IMG/VR virus record: IMGVR_UViG_3300025120_000019
Reading direction: 5' to 3' (one strand)
From: a virus
Length of the DNA: 64,000 nucleotides
The position numbers and the translations under genes are program-made. The notes beneath the pieces were generated by a model. The model did not search any database, had not been told where the DNA came from, and saw nothing but the letters and a program-made list of their open reading frames with translations. Position 1 is the first letter of the stretch, and each line of letters opens with the position of its first letter. Below are positions 57,227 through 64,000 of this stretch, one piece after another.

Positions 57227-58968
57227 GCTGGAAGAAATTTTTTACGCCAGTACCAACTGGAAATAATGCAAACGGAAGTTATAGTCCGTTTAGTCAGCGG
57301 GGTGGCGCTGGTCCAGGACCTGCTTCAACTAACTATAGTTCCCATTTACCTGATGTATATGTGGGTTCGCCTAATCGTATTGAAAGATATAATCAATATA
57401 ACACAATGGACAGTGATAGCGAAGTAAATGCGGCACTAGATATACTTGCTGAATTTTGTACACAAAAGGGTAAAGATAACGATACCCATTTCAATATTCA
57501 GTTTAAGAAAAGTTCTAATAATTCCGAGGTTCAAATACTTGGTCAATACCTAAAACAATGGTGTAAACTAAATCAATTTGATGTTAGAATGTTTAGAACA
57601 ATTCGTAATGCTTTTAAATATGGAGATCAGTTTTTTATTAGAGATCCAGAAACACAAAAATTATTTCATGTTGATCCAAGCCAAGTCACAAAAATTATTG
57701 TAAATGAAAGTGACGGTAAAAAACCAGAACAGTACTGTGTAAAGAATTTAAATTTTGCATTTGAATCATTACAAGCAACTCCTTTAAATCAAACAAACAG
57801 TTATGGACCAGGTGGTACTAATGGCTATCAAACTGTAAGTCAACAGCAAGCAACAGGAACAGCAACACCTCCGGCAGGAACTAGCAGATGGCAAACTGGT
57901 GACGGAGAAACATACATAGATGCTAATCATATGGTTCATTTAAGTATGAGTGAAGGGTTAGATCAAAATTATCCATTTGGTAATAGTTTATTAGAAAGCA
58001 TTTTTAAAGTATACAAACAAAAAGAATTACTTGAAGATGCTATAATTATTTACAGAGTGCAACGAGCACCTGAAAGAAGAGTATTCTACGTTGATGTGGG
58101 TAATATGCCCTCGCATCTTGCTATACAATTTGTTGAGCGTGTTAAAACGGAAATACATCAAAGAAGAATCCCATCCAAGACAGGTGGTGGCACAAATGTT
58201 ATAGACTCATCATATAATCCACTGTCAATCAACGAAGACTACTTCTTTCCACAAACTGCTGAAGGCAGAGGATCTAAAGTTGAAACATTGCCAGGAGGCA
58301 CTAATTTAGGAGAAATAGATGATCTCAGATATTTTACTAATAAACTTGTACGTGGCTTACGAATTCCTAGTTCATATCTCCCAACCGGGGCAGATGACGG
58401 TGCTAGCCAATACAATGACGGTAGAGTAGGCACAGCATATATTCAAGAATTAAGATTCAACAAATACTGTGAAAGACTTCAAGGAATGCTTGAAGAAGTA
58501 TTTAATCTTGAATTTAAATTATATTTAAAAAATAAAGGTGTTAATGTAGATTATGCTATGTTTGATTTAGCAATGACACCTCCGCAAAACTTTGCGGCAT
58601 ATAGACAAGCCGAACTTGATAATAACCGCATCGGAACTTTTGGATCAATACAGGCTGTTCCTTTTATATCAAATAGGTTTGCATTGAAAAGATTCTTAGG
58701 AATGACAGATGAAGAGGTTGCAGAGAACGAGCGTCTGTGGAGAGAAGAGAACGAAGATCAAATGGTACCAGGTCAAGCCGAAGGCGGTGCCGCAATGGGT
58801 GCTCCTGCATTATCAGGTACTGGCCTTGGAGATGATCTAGGAGGACTAGAAGATGCATTAGCCGACGAAGGCGGCGATATAGGTGGTGGCGAAGCTCCTC
58901 CTCCTGAAACAACAACAGGAGATGACTTAGGAGGCGCACCAGCACCAGAACCTGACGCTCCTGCATAA
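57223..58968 (+). CDS. Portal vertex protein, gp20-like
   Basis: LLEDAIIIYRVQRAPERRVFYVDVGNMP; EDYFFP..AEGRGSKVETLPGG.NLGEIDDLRYF..KL..GLRIPSSYL. Confidence 0.95.
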   Translation: MSWKKFFTPVPTGNNANGSYSPFSQRGGAGPGPASTNYSSHLPDVYVGSPNRIERYNQYNTMDSDSEVNAALDILAEFCTQKGKDNDTHFNIQFKKSSNNSEVQILGQYLKQWCKLNQFDVRMFRTIRNAFKYGDQFFIRDPETQKLFHVDPSQVTKIIVNESDGKKPEQYCVKNLNFAFESLQATPLNQTNSYGPGGTNGYQTVSQQQATGTATPPAGTSRWQTGDGETYIDANHMVHLSMSEGLDQNYPFGNSLLESIFKVYKQKELLEDAIIIYRVQRAPERRVFYVDVGNMPSHLAIQFVERVKTEIHQRRIPSKTGGGTNVIDSSYNPLSINEDYFFPQTAEGRGSKVETLPGGTNLGEIDDLRYFTNKLVRGLRIPSSYLPTGADDGASQYNDGRVGTAYIQELRFNKYCERLQGMLEEVFNLEFKLYLKNKGVNVDYAMFDLAMTPPQNFAAYRQAELDNNRIGTFGSIQAVPFISNRFALKRFLGMTDEEVAENERLWREENEDQMVPGQAEGGAAMGAPALSGTGLGDDLGGLEDALADEGGDIGGGEAPPPETTTGDDLGGAPAPEPDAPA

Positions 58969-58971
58969 ATA
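58966..58971 (+). promoter_or_regulatory. Late promoter box overlapping the portal stop codon
   Basis: ATAAATA-ATACT-ATG. Confidence 0.55.
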
Positions 58972-58976
58972 ATACT

Positions 58977-59225
58977 ATGATACTAAAAGAACTTTTTTAC
59001 TTTGATAAAGATAACCTAGAACCAATTGAAGACTTGACTTATAGTCCAAAAGACGATACAAGTGTTCAAATGGCTGACGATTCACGTAAATCAAGACTTA
59101 CTTTCAAAGACATTAATAAAGCTCGTAAAGCACATGATAGTCATCAAAAAGAAACTACCAAAGAGTTAGATCTTGTTAAACAAATGTACGGAGCGGCGGC
59201 AATAGCGGCGGCTGGTGCAGTTTAA
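58977..59225 (+). CDS. Small head-module protein (possible prohead core)
   Basis: 82 aa, directly after the portal; DSRKSRLT...INKARK...VKQMYG. Confidence 0.65.
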   Translation: MILKELFYFDKDNLEPIEDLTYSPKDDTSVQMADDSRKSRLTFKDINKARKAHDSHQKETTKELDLVKQMYGAAAIAAAGAV

Positions 59226-59236
59226 CAGGATGAAGA

Positions 59237-59848
59237 ATGACACAAGAAAAGATTGCTTTTGTATTAGGAAACGGTGTTAGCCGTAAATCAATTGACCCTC
59301 ATGCTTTAAAATTACATGGTAAAACATACGGCTGTAATGCGTTGTTTAGAACGTTTGCACCTGACTATCTAGTAGCTGTTGATACTAAAATGATAATGGA
59401 AATACAAAAAACATCATACAGTCATAAACACGAAGTTTGGAGTAATCCAAACAAATTAACTAAAGCTGATCCAAATTTAAAAATTTTTAATCCAAACAAA
59501 GGCTGGAGTAGTGGACCAACTGCTTTGTATATGGCAAGCATTCACGACAATGCAAGAATTTATATTTTAGGATTTGACTATGTAGGTGTAGGTAATAACC
59601 ATGAATTAGTGAATAATATATATGCAGGAACAACAAACTATAAAAATCTTAATGATAGGGCTACATACCATGGAAATTGGCAAAGACAGACTGCACAATG
59701 TATAAATCAATTTGTAAGAACTAAATACATTAGAGTTATTGAAGAGGATAGTTACATACCGGATAATTTAGTAGACTGTAAAAATTTAAAACATATGTCA
59801 ACCAGAATATTTTGTAAGACTTTTGGTATTAAACCTCTTAATTCTTAA
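59237..59848 (+). CDS. Maf/DUF115/GT29-like (sialyltransferase-fold) protein
   Basis: AFVLGNGVSR, YGCNA, PDYLVAVD, WSSGPTALYMA, IYILGFD. Confidence 0.6.
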   Translation: MTQEKIAFVLGNGVSRKSIDPHALKLHGKTYGCNALFRTFAPDYLVAVDTKMIMEIQKTSYSHKHEVWSNPNKLTKADPNLKIFNPNKGWSSGPTALYMASIHDNARIYILGFDYVGVGNNHELVNNIYAGTTNYKNLNDRATYHGNWQRQTAQCINQFVRTKYIRVIEEDSYIPDNLVDCKNLKHMSTRIFCKTFGIKPLNS

Positions 59849-59895
59849 AATACGGTGTTTTGACCCCATTTTAAGCGTATATTTCCCAAAAGGTG

Positions 59896-59901
59896 TAAAT
59901 A
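59896..59901 (+). promoter_or_regulatory. Late promoter box for the head operon
   Basis: GTAAATA upstream of AAGGAG SD and ATG 59944. Confidence 0.55.
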
Positions 59902-59943
59902 TAGTAGACAGCCTTGTAGAATTTAATTGAAAAGGAGAATAAC

Positions 59944-60951
59944 ATGACTGAGCGTAATAAATTTGAAGAAATGCTTGAGCATTTAGTCAATGAAGACAAA
60001 ACAAAAGCAGAAGAGCTTTTCCACGAAATCGTGGTAGAAAAATCAAGAGATATATATGAAAATCTACTATCTGAAGAAGATGACGAAGTAGATGAAACTA
60101 CTGATGAAGAAGTAGATGAAACTACTGATGAAGAAGTTGATGAAGCATCTGAAGATGATTTAGACGAAGCTACTGATGAAGAAGTTGATGAAGCAACTGA
60201 TGACGAAGAAGTTGATGAAGCAACTGATGACGAAAAAGTAGATGAATTTATGGAGCCAACTATAGAAGCTGACCCTGTAGACGATATGCAAATGGATATT
60301 GAGATGCCAGACGCTGGTGACGACATGGAAATGGGCATGGACGGAGACGACATGGGTATGGACGCAGAAGGCGGAGAAGGCGACATTGAAGATCGTGTAA
60401 TGGACCTAGAAGACGAGCTAGAGTCATTGAAGCAAGAATTTGAAGCAATGATGGATGGCGACATGGGTGACGAAGAAGCACCAGCTGATGATGAAGGTGA
60501 CATGGGCGACGAAATGCCAATGGACATGGATTCAGAAGAAGGTGACGATGACGAAGCTGAAGAAGCATTTGCATATGAAGCAACTGATGAAGAAGTTGAC
60601 GAAGCAAATGACGAAGAAGTAGAAGAGTCAAAAGTTGCCAAGTCACACACAGAAGTGATGCGTGAATATACTGATAAAGTATCAGCATCAATGGGTGACA
60701 ACGGTGCAAATGCAAAATCAGTAGTTGCTGGTTCAAATAACATGGGCGGAACATCTGCAAATATTGCAAAAGGTGGATCAGCTGATGAAAAAGGCACTGG
60801 TGCAACTGCTCCAAAACAAGATTCAGCAGGTAATGTAAACGTACCTGGTGGTAAGGCTTCAAAATCAATGAAGTCACAACCTGGACACGGCGCTGAAAAG
60901 AAGTCGAAGCCAGAGAACGCTGACAATAAAAAATCAACTATTGGAAGCTAA
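59944..60951 (+). CDS. Highly acidic prohead core/scaffold-like protein
   Basis: Strong SD; AEELFHEIVVEKSRDIYE N-terminus; D/E-rich repeats; lies before the protease. Confidence 0.75.
   Translation: MTERNKFEEMLEHLVNEDKTKAEELFHEIVVEKSRDIYENLLSEEDDEVDETTDEEVDETTDEEVDEASEDDLDEATDEEVDEATDDEEVDEATDDEKVDEFMEPTIEADPVDDMQMDIEMPDAGDDMEMGMDGDDMGMDAEGGEGDIEDRVMDLEDELESLKQEFEAMMDGDMGDEEAPADDEGDMGDEMPMDMDSEEGDDDEAEEAFAYEATDEEVDEANDEEVEESKVAKSHTEVMREYTDKVSASMGDNGANAKSVVAGSNNMGGTSANIAKGGSADEKGTGATAPKQDSAGNVNVPGGKASKSMKSQPGHGAEKKSKPENADNKKSTIGS
60082..60246 (+). repeat. Imperfect 24-27-bp tandem repeat encoding (E)EVDE(A/T)TD(D)
   Basis: gaagtagatgaaactactgatgaa-type units, about 7 copies; further copies near 60575-60625. 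Confidence 0.85.
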
Positions 60952-60965
60952 ACGAGGACGACTAG

Positions 60966-61583
60966 ATGAAAATACTTAATGAACATTTGAGTTTTGACCA
61001 AGCTAGAATTGTCGTTGAGTCTGCTAATGAAGGCAAAGACCTTTTTATGAAAGGTATTTGCATTCAAGGTGGAGTAAAGAACGCAAACCAGCGTGTATAT
61101 CCAGTTAATGAAATTAGCAGGGCTGTCACCACACTCAACGAACAAATTAGTGGCGGCTACTCAGTGTTAGGAGAAGTTGATCATCCTGAAGGACTCAATA
61201 TAAACTTAGATCGTGTGTGCCATATGGTTACAGAAATGTGGATGGATGGCCCAAACGGTTATGGGAAACTTAAAATTTTACCTACACCAATGGGAGGCCT
61301 AGTTAAAACAATGCTTGAAAGCGGAGTTAAACTAGGTGTCTCATCTCGCGGTTCAGGCGAGGTAGACGGTGGTGGTCAAGTTGAAGGATTTGAAATAATT
61401 ACTGTGGACGTAGTGGCTCAGCCCTCCGCCCCTGGTGCGTATCCAACGCCAATTTACGAACATTTGATGAATGAAAGAGGCGGATACAAGGCATATTTAA
61501 CTTCGAGAGAAGTCCAAGGCGACAAAAAGGCACAAAAATATTTAAAAGAGAGCTTATTAAACATAATAAGCAGACTCCATTAA
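60966..61583 (+). CDS. Prohead protease, gp21-like
   Basis: GICIQGGVKNANQRVYP, LGEVDHP, LGVSSRGSG, DVVAQPSAPGAYP. Confidence 0.93.
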   Translation: MKILNEHLSFDQARIVVESANEGKDLFMKGICIQGGVKNANQRVYPVNEISRAVTTLNEQISGGYSVLGEVDHPEGLNINLDRVCHMVTEMWMDGPNGYGKLKILPTPMGGLVKTMLESGVKLGVSSRGSGEVDGGGQVEGFEIITVDVVAQPSAPGAYPTPIYEHLMNERGGYKAYLTSREVQGDKKAQKYLKESLLNIISRLH

Positions 61584-61596
61584 CGAGGAGAAATTA

Positions 61597-62691
61597 ATGA
61601 TAGATGCACTAAAATCACTCTTCGAAAATGACGCATTATCGGAAGAAGTACGTTCAGAGTTAGAAGAAGCATGGAACAAAAAGATTGATGAAAATCGTCT
61701 TGAAGTTACCTCAGAACTCCGTGAAGAATTTGCTAAAAAGTATGAACATGATAAGTCAACAATGGTGGAAGCTATTGATTCACTTGTTACGGAAAGACTA
61801 GCAGAAGAAATTAAGGAATTCTCAGAAGATCGTAAGCAACTGGCAGAAGCGAAAGCTAACTTTGCTGTTGCCCAACGTAAAAATGCAAATCTAATGAAAG
61901 CTTTTGTTACTGAGCAACTAGCTACAGAAATAAAAGAACTACATGGCGATCAAAAAGCAATGGCTGATAAGTTTGTTGCTCTAGAGGAGTTTGTAGTAGA
62001 ATCACTTGCAAAAGAACTTGCAGAATTTTATGAAGATAAAAAAGACCTAGCTGAAACAAAAGTACGCTTAGTACGTGAAGCTAGAAACCATCTTGATACA
62101 GTTAAATCAAACTTTATTAAGAAAAGTGCAAACTTGGTATCAGATACTGTGGGAAGAACTCTTACTAAAGAAATTTCCTCACTCAAAGAAGATATCGAGA
62201 AGGCACGTGAAAATGATTTTGGCCGTAAATTATTCGAAGCATTTGCTAACGAATACTCTCACTCCTATCTAAACGAAAAGAGTGAAACTTCTAAACTTCT
62301 AAAAGTTGTAGATACTAAAAATCAACAACTTAGCGAAGCTAAAGTAGCGGCGGCCAAGGCAATAAACCTTGCGGAAAAGCAAGCTCATGAAAATAAAAAA
62401 ATTAATGAGTCAATTGTACGCAAAGACAAAATCGATAATTTGGTTGCACCACTAAGTGTTGATCAAAAAGAAATTATGATGGATTTGTTAGAAAGTGTTC
62501 AAACAACTAGACTAACGTCACAGTTTGAAAAGTATCTACCGGCAGTTATCGACGGCAAGAGTCCAACTAAAAAGGCAAAAGTATTGGCAGAGGCAAAAGA
62601 AATTACAGGCAACAGAGAAAACCCAAAAACTGATATCTCAGCAAACGCAAGTAATATCATTGATATTAGACGTTTAGCTGGTTTAAACTAA
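61597..62691 (+). CDS. Prohead scaffolding protein, gp22-like
   Basis: Coiled-coil, Glu/Lys-rich; FGRKLFEAF motif; between protease and capsid. Confidence 0.85.
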   Translation: MIDALKSLFENDALSEEVRSELEEAWNKKIDENRLEVTSELREEFAKKYEHDKSTMVEAIDSLVTERLAEEIKEFSEDRKQLAEAKANFAVAQRKNANLMKAFVTEQLATEIKELHGDQKAMADKFVALEEFVVESLAKELAEFYEDKKDLAETKVRLVREARNHLDTVKSNFIKKSANLVSDTVGRTLTKEISSLKEDIEKARENDFGRKLFEAFANEYSHSYLNEKSETSKLLKVVDTKNQQLSEAKVAAAKAINLAEKQAHENKKINESIVRKDKIDNLVAPLSVDQKEIMMDLLESVQTTRLTSQFEKYLPAVIDGKSPTKKAKVLAEAKEITGNRENPKTDISANASNIIDIRRLAGLN

Positions 62692-62701
62692 GGAGATAAC
62701 A

Positions 62702-63874
62702 ATGTCAGAACTATTAGAAAGTCGCTGGCAAGAGACAAAAACAGCACTTCTTGAAGGCCTTTCAGGCACAAAGAAAGCAGTAATGTCGTCAACGCTAGAA
62801 AATACTCGTAAGTATTTGGCTGAGACAGCAACTGCAGGTGCAACCTCTGCCGGTAATATAGCGACACTTAACCGTGTGATCCTACCAGTGATCAGACGTG
62901 TTATGCCAACCGTTATTGCAAACGAAATCGTTGGTGTACAACCAATGACAGGTCCAGTGGGTCAAATCCACACACTAAGAGTACGGTACTCCGATACTGT
63001 TGGTTCTGGAGCCTCAGGCGCAGTAGCAGGTGAAGAAGCACTTTCACCATTTAAAATTGCGGAAGCATATTCCGGAAACGCCACATCAGGTAAAGCAGAC
63101 GCAACTGCGGCACTTGAAGGTGAAGCCGGAAAAAGACTAAGCATTCAGATCTTAAAACAGACTGTTGAAGCTAAATCACGTAAGCTATCAGCACGATGGA
63201 CTTTTGAATCTGCACAAGATGCTCAGTCACAGCATGGTATTGATGTAGAAGCCGAAATTATGGCGGCTCTTGCTCAAGAAATTACTGCTGAAATCGATCA
63301 GGAGATCTTAGGTTCTCTTGCTTCCCTAGCAGGTACAGGTACTGATACATACAATCAAGCAAGTGTATCCGGTACTGCAACTTTTGTTGGTGATGAGCAC
63401 GCCGCTTTGGCTGTTCTCGTTAACAGAGCGGCAAACAGAATTGCTCAAAGAACACGAAGAGGCGCAGGTAACTGGGCTGTTGTGTCACCAGCAATCTTAA
63501 CTGTACTACAAAGTGCAACAACCTCAGCGTTCGCAAGAACAACTGAAGGTACATTTGAAGCACCAACAAACACCAAAATGGTTGGTACACTTAACTCAGC
63601 AATGAAGATATATGTAAACACATATGCGGCTGACGACGATGTACTTGTTGGTTACAAAGGTACAAGCGAATCAGACGCCGCGGCATTCTATTGCCCATAC
63701 ATCCCGTTGATGTCAAGTGGCGTTGTGCTTGATCCAACATCATTCGAGCCAGTCGTATCATTTATGACTCGTTACGGATATGTTGAATTGTCAAACACAG
63801 CTTCGTCTCTTGGTAATGCGGCTGACTACTTGGAAAAAGTAGAAGTCAATACAAGCAACCTTGCTTTCAGCTAA
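62702..63874 (+). CDS. Major capsid protein, gp23-like
   Basis: VIRRVMPTVIANEIVGVQPMTGPVGQI, VEAKSRKLSARWT.E.AQD, FYCPYIPL, FMTRYG. Confidence 0.96.
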   Translation: MSELLESRWQETKTALLEGLSGTKKAVMSSTLENTRKYLAETATAGATSAGNIATLNRVILPVIRRVMPTVIANEIVGVQPMTGPVGQIHTLRVRYSDTVGSGASGAVAGEEALSPFKIAEAYSGNATSGKADATAALEGEAGKRLSIQILKQTVEAKSRKLSARWTFESAQDAQSQHGIDVEAEIMAALAQEITAEIDQEILGSLASLAGTGTDTYNQASVSGTATFVGDEHAALAVLVNRAANRIAQRTRRGAGNWAVVSPAILTVLQSATTSAFARTTEGTFEAPTNTKMVGTLNSAMKIYVNTYAADDDVLVGYKGTSESDAAAFYCPYIPLMSSGVVLDPTSFEPVVSFMTRYGYVELSNTASSLGNAADYLEKVEVNTSNLAFS

Positions 63875-63893
63875 TATTATTAGCGATACTATT

Positions 63894-63921
63894 AAAAAGG
63901 CCCTTCCGGGGGCCTTTTTTT
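63894..63921 (+). terminator. Rho-independent terminator (potentially bidirectional)
   Basis: AAAAAGGCCCT-TCCG-GGGGCCTTTTTTT after the capsid gene. Confidence 0.9.
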
Positions 63922-63936
63922 ATGAGTAAATAAATG

Positions 63937-64000
63937 ATGCAAACAGGCTTATCAGGATACTGGCATACACATAATCTATGGATAACATGGAGCCCTAAAT
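63937..64000 (+). CDS. 5' end of the next gene (truncated by the window)
   Basis: TAAATA (63927-32), then ATG and an open frame MQTGLSGYWHTHNLWITWSPK to the window end. Confidence 0.5.
   Translation, partial: MQTGLSGYWHTHNLWITWSPK

Noticed and set aside
60082-60246. Repeat array as CRISPR
   Set aside because: Units are contiguous and in-frame with no unique spacers; no cas genes in the window.
59871-60937. Long antisense ORFs (59871..60926, 60260..60937)
   Set aside because: Shadows of the GAA/GAT-rich acidic core gene; Ser- or Leu/His-rich low complexity, and the sense gene has the SD and the synteny.
1-64000. Alternative genetic code (stop-codon reassignment)
   Set aside because: Coding density is near complete in the standard code, and TAA, TAG and TGA all end genes at sensible, often coupled, positions.

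Overview
AT-rich segment (roughly 30% GC by eye) of a large T4-like myophage genome, standard genetic code. From left to right: (1) 1-14.8 kb, an accessory modification cluster of five radical-SAM enzymes, four glycosyltransferase-like proteins, a methyltransferase-like and a GNAT-like protein, interrupted by a fibre-like gene on the opposite strand; (2) 14.9-47.8 kb, a minus-strand tail-fibre/baseplate module (collar-domain fibre, 4589-aa wedge protein, gp6-, gp25-, gp5-, gp27-, gp53- and gp48/54-like); (3) gp55 late sigma factor, gp47/gp46 and a minimal GIY-YIG nuclease, followed by a 380-bp non-coding region holding a GC-rich, pseudoknot-capable putative RNA and three perfect hairpins; (4) a gp26/gp51-like pair joined by a clean -1 slippery site, divergent from a tape-measure-like gene; (5) the head module (portal, Maf/GT29-like protein, acidic core, protease, scaffold, major capsid) ending in a terminator. 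Consensus sigma70 promoters and T4-type TAAATA late boxes can be read directly. The best candidates for undescribed biology are the GIY-YIG plus structured RNA plus hairpin locus, the radical-SAM/glycosyltransferase pathway (possible virion decoration) and the chaperone frameshift. All product calls come from motif recognition; no database search was run.
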